A stretch of 64,000 nucleotides of DNA from Azolla caroliniana (GCA_043228905.1 JBHGNT010000018.1:1302001-1366000), one strand, 5' to 3'. Shown: positions 49,745 to 63,515, numbered from the stretch's first letter. Numbers and translations are program-made. The notes: generated by a model not told the origin, from the sequence alone.

Positions 49745-52478
49745 ATGAGTGAAGACTCACCGTTCTCGATTGAAGAATATTGTTTGTCATCAGACTCTTC
49801 GTTTTCTACCGAAGAGTATTGTCTGTCGACAAACTCACCATTTTCTATCGAAGAATATTGTCTGTCGACAGACTCACCCATTTCTATCGAAGAGTATTGT
49901 CTCAGCTCATCTTCACCTACAACACATGTGAATAATGACACATGTGAAGAGTTCTCTATTGAAGAATACAATATTAATAAAGATACAGAGAATGAAGGTA
50001 GTGCTAATGAAACATCAAATATCATGGGTGATGGTCACAACAAAGAATTGGATTGTAACAAGGTTACCCCAACTTCTATGCAGGAAGAGAAATCTGGAAG
50101 CCCTATGCATATTAGAAGAATCCCATGTAGAATTCGTCTTGCCAGATTTAACTTGGTGACATCAAATAAGCAGATTGGATTTGATGTCAACAAAATATGT
50201 TGTGCCCATGGTTGTATGTCTATGATTGGAAAATCAAAGTTGCGAGAATTAAGGCGATACTATTTTTCGATGACTAGTGATGAGCAAGACACTTACCTCG
50301 GATCACATATACAAATAGTGTCTGACAAATGTATGGGGATCAAATTATCATTCGAGTATTATATCTTCCATGCGCAACAGATATGTAGAGTTGCATTCAA
50401 AATTGCATTATGTGTTAGTAACATGCGGCTACATCGAGTACAACAACGTCTACTTAGCGGGGATCAGATGCTCAATTGTAAAGAGGTTCCACGTATGAAA
50501 TGTGCAATTGGAAGACATGCTATTGGTTGGATGAAAAGTTACTTTCAGTTAAATTGTGAAGTAATGCCCACTATAGGTAGGATGCACCTCTCTGATAATT
50601 ACACACGTCGGGAAGTTTATAATGTCTATCGATCAGATATGGTGGGCTCACGTAATAAATCTATCACATATAGCCAATTCACAAGATTATGGAGAGCTCG
50701 GTTTTCAAATGTTATCATTCCACGTAAAGTACGCATGGGGTATTGCTCCATTTGTGCAAATCTTAAAAGTTTGGCTAAAGGTGCAAAGACATCAATGGAA
50801 AAGGATATGACTAAGAAGTTACTACAGGAGCATCGTGAGGCACAATCGTTAGAATGAAAGAAGGCGATGCATCATAGAGAGAAGTGTTTGAAGAGGCCCG
50901 AACAATACATGTGCTTAATGATAGATGGCATGGACCAGAAGAAGACATGCTTGCCGCATATGCGGAGGCTCCCCAAAGACATCAATGATGAGTGCCTTGT
51001 TCAAATGCACTTGGTGGGATGCTTGGCTTATAATAGGTCTGTTGGATCTCACGTCTTCATTACATACCCCAATGTTCACAATGACCCTAACCTAACAATT
51101 ATAGTGATTCACCGAGTTTTGATGTCTTGGGGCCAACTGTTCCCCCCTGTTCTATACATTCAATTGGAGAATACTATTAGAGAGAACAAAAATTTAGTTG
51201 TGTTTGGCTATCTAAGTATGTTAGAAAAGTGAAAGTCAATTTTCTTTTGGTTGGCCACACACATGATCATATAGATCAGATGTTTAACACATTCTCTAGA
51301 CAGTTGTCTCGGCATGATGCTTTCACATTACCAAAACTATTTGATGTCATTTGTGATGCATATACACCACGCCCAAAAGTGATAGACTTGAAGGAGGTAT
51401 ATGACTTTAAGAGATATATATTAGATGGGGGTGTTGGGAATGTTAAAGTGCTCGCCCAATTAAACAATATAAGCTTCAATCACATTTTTATGATAAAGAA
51501 AAATGAAATAAGTGGTTCTACGCATTTGTATGCTAAACAATATTCATCTTCTACAACATGGGAACCTTAAGGTGGTTGCCAGTTATTACTTTGTATGCCG
51601 AGTACAATTGTCCATGGAGCAAAACAAATGCCAATTGAGAAGAAAGGATAATTGCATAGTGACTTGGTGAAAACAATTCAGAACAAAAACAATTATGGCT
51701 CCAAGCGTTAGAAGTAAAAAGAAAGCATATTGAGGCCACAAAGAAATATGCTGCACAACAAGACACGTCATGGTGGGATGTATGTTTTAGTGATCAGAAA
51801 GGAATTATAGACAATTGTGTATTTGGTGATAATTGGAATTTAGAAACGCCATTCACATGGTCACTACAACATGATTGTGTAAATAAAACTCTGGAGCAAC
51901 CAACAAATGCGATTAATGACATTTTGGTCCATCCACAACAAAGCAGCCGAAGCTAGATGGCAAGGCAATTTGCAAGAGCTCGCGGCGGGGATGTTGATTG
52001 CAACACCGGCTGATGAGAACTCACATGGCCACCAATTTTGGGTTGGTAAAATTCTAGAAGTGCTAATGCATGAAATAGAAAACACAATCAAGTCTATAAA
52101 TGTTCATTGGTACAACACTAGAAGTGCAAATGCTTTTATGGGTAAGTATACATTGGAGATGATTGAATGCCCAACGACAAGGGGAGGTAGGAAGAGGAAG
52201 CGAAACATTCGTAACAACTCGACCCTTGATATCTCTGATGTGGATATCATCGTGTACGACTTCACGCTTACAAAAGCCGGATGATTAAGGAAGTCAACAA
52301 TAGATATAATTTACCAGGTCTACAAGGTGGCTCGAGTCGAAGGCAAACGAGATCTGCTACATATAATCTAGAGTCAAACCATTTGGTTTATGACGAAGAT
52401 AATGCACTGATTGGTACATCCAAGGATGACGAGGAGGAATCGTCATTGTATATTAGTTATAGTAGTGATTCTCTGTAA
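49745..52478 (+). pseudogene. Sola1-like DDD/E transposase remnant
   Basis: CCAHGC, ICRVAF, LWRARF...CSIC...H, LMIDGMDQ, LYIQLEN..RENKN, FLLVGHTHDHIDQMF, C-terminal FWVGKI..VHWY module. TGA at 50855 plus frameshifts. Confidence 0.8.
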
Positions 52479-52846
52479 AGGAGTGATCATGAATGTATTT
52501 TTGGCTATTAAGTCTAACTACATTCCGCTTGTAACAAATCAAGTAATATAAAAGCATGTGTTTTGAATTCTTATGATTTCTAAAAAATCGTTTCTTATAA
52601 AATAACATTGGTTGTAAAGTTTGTGATATAAATTGAGAATGTAACTTTTTGAAATTCCTCTTTTTTTATTTATTTCTAAATCACGAAAATAATGGTTTTT
52701 TAACCTTTTTCATAGTATATTTGAACATGTATGAAACTGGTATCAATGTGTTTTGTAAAATCATTGAAAAAGTACTAAAATCAACCAAAATATTCCTTAT
52801 CCTTCCATTTATGCGCGATCCTTCCACTTGTGAACGCGAACATGTT

Positions 52847-53400
52847 TGAATCAAATGTTGATTCCAACATGGCTAGAGCCGGGGTCATCAAATTGGGATG
52901 ATTGCGCGATATCAAGCTCGACTGCGAAGCAATTGTGACCAAGAAAGGAGGTAGAATTGATGAAGGTGCCATTGGAGAGGCCAAGGTACCGAGCAACACT
53001 GTTGTGTGGGAATGCCTTGTCTTCTGCAATGAGGAAGACTATGCCTTCTCCACTTTGATCGGATTGGGTGATGATCCGGAAAGAGAAGGATGTGTTAAAA
53101 GAAAAAATGATGCCCGCCATAGGGCCCAAGAATTCAATCGATTCTTTGGAGATGATATGCCCCCCGCTTATATTGTGATTGTGGGTTTCACTAGGGTCTG
53201 GAATGAGTCACAAGGTATTTGCATTACCTAGGGTTGCCCTAGTTCTGTGATATTGGTGCTCCCCGCTAGGCACAATGGAGATGTCGAATGTAGAGTTGTG
53301 GAGAGGATTTTAGACATGGCCATGATCATACGTGGTGATAATCCCATAAAGACTAGCAATATGAGCCCAAGGTGCACGACCTGCACTTTTATTGGTCTTA
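52847..53400 (-). pseudogene. LecRK type B copy 2, N-terminal lectin part
   Basis: SFNTSFSFRIITQSDQSGEG...FAVELDIAQS. Start codon mutated to ATA at 53390-53392. Confidence 0.85.
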
Positions 53401-53454
53401 GTGACCTTGCTCTCTCCACGCGTAGGGGTTGAGATGTGACAATGGCTATCTTTG

Positions 53455-54800
53455 ATTTAGAATTAGAATTAGAATTTTTATCGCCCATAAAGAGGCCAGT
53501 TTTGACCTACGGGACCAAAGTATACATGTGTTCTTGATACATGTCTATGAGTGAATAAGGCATACACATATGAGCTCAACCTTCTAGGTGGTGTCATAAG
53601 TATAGCACTTAAGTTATGACTCCCTCTTAATATGTCATCATATGTTGAACGAATTACACTATATGTCGAGCATGTGAAAAGCAAGTGATATTCATCTCTA
53701 CCATACCTTCATTGCATACTTTACATGCCGTCAAATTCATTAAAATTTCATACCATGATGCAACTTCAATACCTAACTTGTGGGATTGAGTGCGAAGTAG
53801 TGTGAGGGCTCTACGAGAATTGTAACTACTCATATTGGTGATGAGATAAGGTTGGATATGATCAATAAGCATTCTTGCCTTATATTGAGAGCAACATTTA
53901 GGGTTGACATTTGCAATGTAGTATTCTAGCTTTGTCCTCTTATCATTTTCCCATTTCATTCTTAATGATTCCCCCAACCTTTGCTCAATCATCACATAAT
54001 GCATAACATTGCCCGAAAGCTATAAAAGATCATCCACACCCCATCTTCTAAACCATTTTCTTATGTCAACAACCCAACTAGATGAGAGAATTTTACTCTT
54101 ATGATTCTTTTGTAACTTACATTCAATATTCCAAGCAAGATGTGGTAATCGATGATTTGGCATATTCTTGACTTTTGTAATGTATCTATGTACTCTTTGG
54201 AGTGCAATTATCTCAATGGGCCGAACGCCTGTTTCCAAGAGCATAACCTAGTAAGAGGTAGTGCATTTAACTCCTAATTGCTTCCTTAAAAACATCTTTT
54301 GAATTTTCTCTCCATGCATTAAGAGAGATGGTGTCACCCCATACTTCTAATCCATAAAGCAGTACTTGAGTTAGCATGGTATTGAACAACATTAGTTTTA
54401 CTTCCCATTTGTAAGTATCACTTTCGTTGCATTGGTTCTCCAAAAGGTAATACAATTTCCAACTGACTTGAAGCCTAGAATCAAAGCATGCACTCCATTT
54501 ATTTGTGGCAAATACATCAATACCAAGATATTTAAAGCTTTGAAAAATTTGTATATGTTCACCTCTATATGTGAGCATACGGTAATGATGGGGTTGGATG
54601 GTTTGCACTACCATCATTTTTGTTTTGTCCACATTCACTGCTAGTCCACTATAATGCCAAAAGTCTTCTAATACCCCAAGTAAATGTTGCATAATATCAA
54701 CATCATGTGATAAGAGTGCAACATCATTTACATATAAAAGCAATAAGATAACATGTTGCATCAATTTGGGGCATTCAATCCTTGCAACCTTATTCAATCA
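53455..54800 (-). mobile_element. 5'-truncated non-LTR retrotransposon (RTE/RTEX-like) with an (ATTCTA)n 3' tail
   Basis: LLYVND, LAVNVDKTK, FKYLGI, LLETG, LRTQSHKLGIE, CKVC..H..C. Absent from the homologous 8200-8260 region. Confidence 0.75.
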
Positions 54801-55711
54801 GAAAAGAGGGACAACTATAGGGGACAACAAAAGTGGAGAGGGAGGGATCTCTAGGACTCAAATGTGGCCAACTCCAAATTGGTGAGTCCAAGTCTTAGTT
54901 TAGATACGTCACTCATTGACTTCTTCTTGTTTAAACCAGATCAAAGATTAATAATTTTAGTTATAATCATAATATATTGACTTGGGCTTCTCCTTCATGC
55001 TTGATTAATTTAGTGAGATTCTAATGAGATTTAAATTAAGCTTCTCATGCACTTGTCCAACTTCTCAAGAATTCGGAACCTTTGTATTCTCCCACCACAT
55101 CAAACCAACTTAAACCAAGCTAATGAGTGCCATCACTTAGACCAAACCATAAAATTTGACATATTTTATCCCTATTTTATTGCCAATAATACATATGTGA
55201 ACACTACTTCTTAGCATAAAAAATTGTAAAATGACATCACAATTGGCAATAAACTAAACCAATCAAGGATTTACCAAATTTCCAAGCTGACGTTGGTCTA
55301 AAAATATCACTATATTAAAAAAAGTAAGACTCATCTCGAACCATTACACCATCATTTAGACTTTTTCCCGATATATATGTGATCCATAGTTCTAAGCTCA
55401 TTAAAACTTCTCACCATAAGATATTGCATTGATATCACAATTTGCAATAAAAGAAATCAATTAAAGAATCAAAATTTACAGGGAGACCAAACCCCACCCA
55501 TGTGGGGATTAGTAGTCAAGACTCAGAAGACTCAAGAATTGATTGGGTTTGATTGTGTGTATTATGTATGAAATACTTGGATAGAGTAGGCCACAATGCC
55601 ATCTTCTTCTGCAACCTAATCACATACATAACATAAGAAAGACTCAAGTAGATTACTCTTCTCAACATCCTAAAGAGTATAGATCCTCTAAAATCATTGC
55701 GGCCGCATACA

Positions 55712-57250
55712 ATGAAATTCAAGCTTGGCAATCTGGTCTGGTTCATGTTGCAAATCGGCTGGATTCTGCAAAGTGCGCCGCATTCGGATCTCGTCGGCAT
55801 TCGCTTTCTCGGATCATTGTTGTCGTTGTCGGAACATGGTGTGGCCATGGCCAAGCCTCAGTACTTCTCCTTCAATCCAAGTTCGGAGGACTTCTTCGAC
55901 ATCTCCAGTCTGCCCAGCGGTGAGGGATAAGCTGGAGCTACGGCAACCCTGGACATTGAGAAGAATACCCTGTGGCTCATCCCAGACCCTGACACAAGAA
56001 CTAATCTCAATCGAAGCGCCACTCGTGTAGTTTACAAACAACCCATACGATTTCTCGACCATACAGGTGCCATTGTCTCTTTTGACACATCCTTCTCCTT
56101 CCAGATAATCACCCAAAGCAATCTGAGTGGAGAAGGCATGGCCTTCTTCATTGCACAAGACAACGCATTCCCACACAACAGTGCCGGTGGATACCTCGGC
56201 CTCTCCAATGACACCTTCATCAATTCTACTACCTCCTTTCCTGGTCACGATTTCTTTGCAGTCGAGTTCGATATCGCACAATCTCCCCAATTCAACGACC
56301 CGAGCTCTAGCCACATCGGAATCGACGTCAATAGCTTGCAATCTATCAACACCACCAATACCTCCGGCGACAACAACAATCCACTCTCTTTGCATCGAAA
56401 TTCCTGGTTTCAAACCTCGATTCGGTTCGATGGCTCCACAAACATGGTCAAAGTTTGGCTGATGAACTATGCGAACAGGACTGACTATGCTGAATCTCTC
56501 ATATTGCAAGCTTCCATCGATCCTAGTGTGTTTAATCACACATCCCTGTGGGTGGGCATCATGGCGACAAGCGGATCCACTGTGCATGCCAACGATACCA
56601 AGCCATCTGGCTATGCCATCTATTCATGGTACTTCTCGACCTTGGAAACGTCCAGTTCTCTCAACCTAGGGTTCATATTGGGCATCTCTTTTTCACTGCT
56701 TTTCATAATCATCATCATCATTGGATTCATCATTGCCTACCGGAATGGCTGTGGAGCATTATGCTGCATCATGAGGCAGAAGAAATCTGAACTGTATGCC
56801 GCACATGAGGCGGCGAGTGTGGACATCCAACAATTTAGCTACAATGTGTTGAAGAGAGCCACCAACAATTTCAGTCACAAAATGCTGCTTGGGGAAGGTG
56901 GATTCAGCCAAGTCTACAAGGGTATGTTGCCCAATGATGAACATTTGACATCCCCGCAGCCAGCGGCCATCAAGAAGCTCAAAGAGGATGTGAAAGAAGG
57001 CGGGGAAGCATCTTTCGCATCGGAGGTGAGGATCATAAGCAGCATTCGGCATCGCAATTTGTTGCGGATGAGAGGCTGGTGCTACGAGAAAGGGAAGGCA
57101 TTGTTAGTATATGAGTATCCCGACAATGGTAGCCTCGAGAAGCTACTTTACACAAAGGATAAGATCAACGGAGAGACTGTAGATCTTACAAGCGACCGGA
57201 GATGGAAGATACTGGTGGGCGTGGCGACCACATTGGAATATGTAGGTTAA
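55712..57250 (+). pseudogene. LecRK type A copy 2, premature stop and truncated kinase
   Basis: Paralog of 9063-11261. TAA at 55928-55930. Homology stops after TLEY and jumps to the equivalent of ~11795. Confidence 0.9.
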
Positions 57251-57709
57251 TGATGAATGATTGAATGGATGATGAATTTTTTTATGATGAATGAAGAAGA
57301 CAGTGATAGTGACGAATTTTTTACGATAAATTATAGAGGAAAGAAATGGTAAATGAAAATATCTTAAGGAAACAATAAGCGAGGGCTCAGACTAGTTTCA
57401 AGAATTCTTAACTACAACATATGATGTTCAAAGATTATTTGTGTGTGTTTTCCTCTCCAAAGAAAGAAGAGCCTGGTTATTTGGACATCTAATATCTTAG
57501 GAAATAAAAAATATGAGCTTACGAGTAGTTCTTTAAAAAAAACATGTACTAGAATCTTAGTGTCGAAGGTTGTTTTCACCTACATATGACTATGACAAAG
57601 GAAATGCCACTTTCAATAAGAAAAAGGATACTTGATATATGACCCCTTTACCAACAACATCCATTATAAATTTGGTTTCCATATTGGGGTGACTACAAAT
57701 TAGATGGAT

Positions 57710-58060
57710 CTAATTTTGCGTAGTAGGTTCTGTCCTCATAGTTCATCAACCAAACTTGGACCAAGTTTGTGGAGGTATGGAACTCATTCCAGGCTTGAAA
57801 ACTAAAATTTCGAAGCAAAGAGAGGCCGACAATGCCAAAAGTATCGATAGTCTTGATAGATTGCAAGAGCCTATTGATGTCGATTATGATGTGGCTAGAG
57901 CTTGAGCCATCAAATTGGAGATGTCGAATGTAGAGTTGATATGGGTCCTTGGATTACTTGGATCAAAGGAGAGGATGTTAGACATGGGCATGGTCATATG
58001 TCGTGATGATCTCATAAAGACTAGCAAGATGAGCCCAAGGTGCTTGAACTGCACTTTCAT
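57710..58060 (-). pseudogene. LecRK type B N-terminal remnant
   Basis: MKVQFKHLGLILLVF...FDISN joined by a deletion to the late lectin region. Upstream 58100-58780 resembles 8180-8830. Confidence 0.78.
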
Positions 58061-59171
58061 TGGTCTTTGAGAACTTACTCTCTCCATGTGTAGGGGCTGA
58101 GATAGTGACGATGGGTATCTTAGAATTTAGAAGGGGTACAACATGCCCTTTGTGACCAACAATAGTGAATCAAGGAGCCGTAGTAGATAGAGGAGCCGTA
58201 GAGGGAGGGATCTGTAGGACCCAAATGTGGCCAACTCTAAATCGGTGAGTCCGAACTATTAGTTTACATACATCACTCATTGACTTCTTCCTGTTTAAAC
58301 CAAATCAAATATTAATAATTTTAGTTATTATCATAATATATTGGCTTGAGCTACCCATTCATCCTTGTCTAACTTAATATATTATCATAATATATTGGCT
58401 TGAGATTTAAGTTAAGCTTCTCATGCACTTGTCTAACGTCCCAAGAGTCGCGAACCTTTGTCATTATATTCAAAAAAATTAAGACTCATCTGGGGCCACA
58501 CAAGTTTATTAGTACTAGCAACTAATTCGAAGTGAATTAACCTTTTCTTGCACTTGCTTGATTACACGAAGAAAAGTTCTACGCGGAGAGTTTTGAAGAT
58601 TTGTAGTCTCACATGACTTGGCAATCACATATCAAATATATAAGAAATGTTGTAACAACTTAGACCATTAAACCATTGTTTACAATTTGATTTTTTTCCG
58701 ATATATATGTGATCATTAACACTTCTCACCAGAAGAGATCACATTGATATCACAACTTGGAATAAAAGAAATCAATTAAGGAATTAATAAAGTTTCCACA
58801 GCTGTCGCTTAGGACAAGCTTATTGAAGAGTTGAAATGGGCTGATTTGGAATCGTCCTAGTTTTTAATCATAAGCTCACAAGATGGGGTAGCAAGGCTCA
58901 TGTTGTTTATACGTATATCCAATTGGACATGAAAATCAAGGAAGAGTAGCTCTTGTTACAAAACAATGACAGGAAACATAGCTTGAAATGGTACCAACCC
59001 AAAGTCCTCACATGCAACAACAATGTTAAGAGGGTGGCAAATGGTGGGAGTTTTTGAAAGTCGCCACTTCATATGTTTGTAGTGTGAGAAAGAATAACTC
59101 ACGCATATGCAATGTTCACATGAATTTGTGAAATACGAAGTAAACATGAATGAGAATTCATGTCTCCTCTT

Positions 59172-62100
59172 TTTTTTTTTTAACCAAAAAAGAATATACT
59201 CCTTTAGTTAAAATATACACAAACTCAATCCCTTTCTCGGGTACGCCGAGCCAACACTATCCTATCCTACAAAGAGATCTCGCTTTTTTTTATTACACTT
59301 TCACATATGGCTCTAGCCATCCTTTCATGCACATCACCTACATTCACTATCCCACATGCCATGTCTTTCACGCCCCTCGATCAGCTAATGGGAGGGGAAA
59401 ACAACAATTTGGGCACTTCATACTTCCATAGTATATCCATTCCATTTGCTATGGCCATCAGTGTAGTACACCATCGCTTTTGAAAATTCAGCCTCATTAG
59501 TTTTGCAGCATCATTAGTACCATCAACCGCTCATATTGAGCTCTTAGTGTAGTTATTAATGTGTGCCAGATTAGCTTAATCGATTAAGTTGGGGGGCATT
59601 TGTGTGCTGAAAATACCTTGGTACACCTTGTTGTCCATATATACCATATAGTAATGGGGCAAGATACATCCAAAGATCTCCATGTTTTTGATTCTGTGCA
59701 CAAATTGTAGGTACCCTATTGTCAGTGATCAGCCGCACAATGCCATTCTCCCCTCTGTACTTAGCATCACATGTGCTATCGTATTTCGCCACATCATCCT
59801 CAAGACAAATCCAACAAGCATGTCCCCAGTTGAGGGTGAATGAACGAGAGGCATGGCAAAGCAAACGTAGTGCCCTTCCCCATACTGCCATTGCCTCGTG
59901 ACATTCCCATAGACAATGGGAAATGCTTTATTTCTGTCCACAGGCAATACATCTAGGGTCTACATTGGGGCCTTTACCCCACATCCCTACCGGCAAGGCT
60001 CTATGTGCAAGAAGCCATAAACACATCATTTTCTTGTGGTCATATCTGTCATGCCATATCATTTTCTAGAATTTATAGTCTTATTTCACTAATGCCCTCC
60101 TGTATCCAAAATTTCCTTGTCGCAATCTTATCGTGTGCTTGTTCTAGAATAATTTGCCTCCAAATATTTGTGTTATACCTGAAAAATTGAACCAGCTTTT
60201 CCCCATCCGTTCGTCCTTGAGTTCTCCAACAATACATCGCTAGGTCCCATGATAACTAATCCAAATGCCCTTGTATAGGCCAACACACTGTCGCCGGTGT
60301 GATCTCCGTTGGTTTAGGGTCAATAATCATATTCTTGCCAGTTTTTGCAATTAGCCTAATCGGCCTTTCTCTGTGAAAGGCTAGTTGCTCAACTCTTACC
60401 ATTCCGTGCTCTAGTTTGTAGTAGAATACCTCATTTGATTCTACTTTCATTCGCTTAATGCCAATTAAATAGTTCTCAGCATCTATAAGTTCTGTCCACG
60501 CAATTTCAGAGGTTGTTACTTCTTCCTTTTCCACGGTATTCTTGTAGCATGCAATGGCATCTGTAATTCTCTTGAGCATGCCTTTACCCTTGCTTATTCT
60601 CCATATTCTAGCCTTTTGAGTGCCCACCTCATTGGACAGAAACCTCTCCCACTCCACTAATGCATTCCCTTGGGCATTGATTAACTCAGCCCATTTGAAA
60701 CCTACTTTTTGGCCTATCATCAGTCCATCCATATCTCTAATCAATGGGTTCCAAACCATTGGCATGTACATCCGTGCATATGCATCATTTCTCCACCTAC
60801 ATGTGATCCCCTTTCTGATTTCTTGCCATGCTTTCATAATTCCAATAGCACAATGACTTTGCATACTTCCCCCATATTTGGGTCTCTTTCGGGCACAAAG
60901 CCCCAAAATGGGTTGCTTGGCCAACGTCCACCTTGTCCGGCAATCACATCTTCCATCTACGTCGCCATAGAACTTTCCAAGGTGCCTCAGGAGGTTGTAG
61001 GCTCCTGACCACTAGTTTGCCTAACAAGGCCTTCGTTTGCACAATGGGATCTATCAATCCCACCCCCCCTTCACTTTTCCTTTTTATAAGCGTGGTCCAA
61101 GCAACCTTTACACATGCCTGTTTTTCCTCTGTGCCCCCCCATAAGAAATTTCTGATAATCCTTTTTATCAATGTCATCGACTTGGGCACGATTATCCAGC
61201 ATGCAACAATATGCCAAATAGTGGCCATTAGAATCTGATTTGCAATCAAAATCTTGCCCGCAAAGGAAAGTCTTCTTGCATTCCACCATATTAACTTCGC
61301 TTTTATTTTGTCCACTAGTAGATTGTAATGTTCTGCTTGATCGATGTCCATACCAATTTTGAAGCCCGAGTATCTAGTAGCTTCTCCTTTCCTCAACTAT
61401 CTAAAATTGGGGTTGGGAACCCAATTTAACATGGGCTTATTAATGATCCAAATGCCCACAGATTTATTCCAATTTATTTTAGCATCCGATCCCCTACAAA
61501 ACTCATCAATTGCATTTTGTAATCTGCCCAAGTTGTGTGTATCACCTTTAACATAGGTCATTGTGTCATCAACATATGCCGTATCAAGCACCATACCTTC
61601 ATCATCGGGCAAGGTAAGGCCTTGTATTTGCCAGGATCTATTAGCAAGTTGATAATGCAAAGCTTCTGCTGCAATGATGTATAAGTACGGGGCCAGTGGG
61701 CATCCTTGGCGTACTGAACGTAGCATCTTAAAGCTCTTCCCCATACTTCCAACCATTAACACCTAGCTGGATGCACCTCTGTAAAAGGCACTCATTCCAA
61801 GGATCCATTGTTATTCAAAGCCTGGGGCTGCCATCACTACTTCTAGGAAATCCCATGAAATCCTGTCATATGCTTTTTCGAAGTCGAGTAGCATTACTAC
61901 TAGGTCCACTTCTTGCTCCTCCGCCCATGCTGAGTATTCCTAGAATGTTATCACATTGTCAACAATGCTCCGGTTTTCCAGGAAGCCAGTTTGCGTTGTA
62001 TGTATAATGTCCCCAAGAACCATTTTCAACCTCTTACTTACGACTTTGGCCATTATCTTATATGCATTGGTGAGAATCGTCAATGGTTGTCAAGGTCTTT

Positions 62101-63515
62101 ACCAACCTTGGGTATTAAATAAATCATGTCTCTACACATTGTTGTGGGCATTAATCCTTCTACCATAATGTATTGCATCCCTGCCAACATGTCATCCTTA
62201 ATTAGATCCCAATATTGGATGTAAAAGTACATAGGAAGTCCATTAATTCCTACACAGCTTTGTTTGTTCACATCCCAAATAACATCCCACAATTCATGCA
62301 TACCTATAGGGGTATTTAGTTGGTTCATCATCTAAGTTGTAACTTTCCTTGGTATCCTATTTATTATATTTTTGAAGGCAACCTGATCAACCAGTTTCTC
62401 ATTGCATACACTTAGTAGTTGAGTATAATAGCTTGTGGCTATTTCAAGCATTTCCTCTTTGCATGTAGTCATTGTGCCATCTATCTTTTTTAAGCATGAA
62501 GGTTGAATCCCGGATCCTTTGCATTTAACAACTTCAAAAAATCCTTTAGTAACCCGACCTCCTACCCTCATCTAGCTTGCTGCCTTACTTCGATAGGCAT
62601 AGGTGCTCCTAAGTTTTTGGTACATCTCTAGTTTGCTTTTGGCCTCCTCTAGTCAAGCCTCAATCCATACATTATGTGGGTATAATTCTCTTAGTCGTTG
62701 CATAGAAGTGAGTGACCATTGCATTCTCTGCATTTTCTCAGTTATCTCTTTTCTAATTTCAATCGCTTTATGTTGAAAAAATCCTGTACATGCCTCAAGT
62801 TTCCCAGCCAGCCTATGAGCAAGGTCAGGGTACCTCCATTTGATATTAGACCATATTTTCCATATATCATTGGTCCATTTAGTATCCATAACCAATTCCT
62901 TGCACACCTTCACATTATGTGGCTTGCATCGATTGTTTTGTTGTCTGTGCAACAGAACTGGGGCATGATTATAGAACATTGTACCTGGACAAATAATGCA
63001 TCTGCCTTTCCTATCCATGAGTCGATGGTCCAAATACCATCTGTCCAACCTGGACATCGTCCACCCAGGCACATTTCCTCCTACTCTAGAGTATCGAAGA
63101 GATTTTTCTTTTTGCATTTGAAAGTTAGGTGCATTCCAACAGTCTATCACATTATATGCTAAACAAAACTTATCCCATGCATACTTCTCCGCCCCTTGCA
63201 CCATGCCATTTGCATTACCTCTTCTATCTTCTGGATGCTCCACCATATTAAAGTCTCCTCCAATGATCCACTACTCAACATCTGGTTTCTTGGCCACTAA
63301 TTGCAACCATAATTCTTGTCTTTCAGTAGCTGAATTTGGGGCATATATGTTCAGTATGCCCATGTGCCCACAACTAAGTTTTATCCTTATGTAGAGAACA
63401 CGACCCTCTATTAAACTCCCCCTGCCTGTACAGTTAACAGTAAACTTAGCTTTCATAGCTATAAGTACTCCCCCCTGAATCTGCCTATCCCCCGTAGCAG
63501 CTGACCATGTATTGG
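59172..63515 (-). mobile_element. 5'-truncated L1/Tx1-like LINE, degenerate ORF2
   Basis: APE (NIYAPN, GGDFN, SRLDRWY), RT (VRQGCPLAPYLY, YVDD), zf-RVT-like region. Poly(A) at 59170-59181. 14-bp TSD TCATGTCTCCTCTT at 59158-59171 and 63516-63529. Confidence 0.9.

Larger units (their letters stand above)
38532..52846. mobile_element. Large TIR DNA transposon, Sola-like, with transposase and a ParB-DNA methyltransferase cargo gene
   Basis: ~36-bp TIRs AACATGTTCG(T/C)GTTCACAAGTGGAAGGATCGCGCAT at 38532 and ending at 52846. 4-bp TSD TGAA at 38528-38531 and 52847-52850. Splits a LecRK lectin domain. Confidence 0.88.
12530..58022. repeat. Tandem segmental duplication, unit 2, expanded by nested transposons
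   Basis: Same order of segments as unit 1. The 7-mer AAAGACT occurs at 4176-4182, 12530-12536 (junction) and 58016-58022. Confidence 0.85.
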
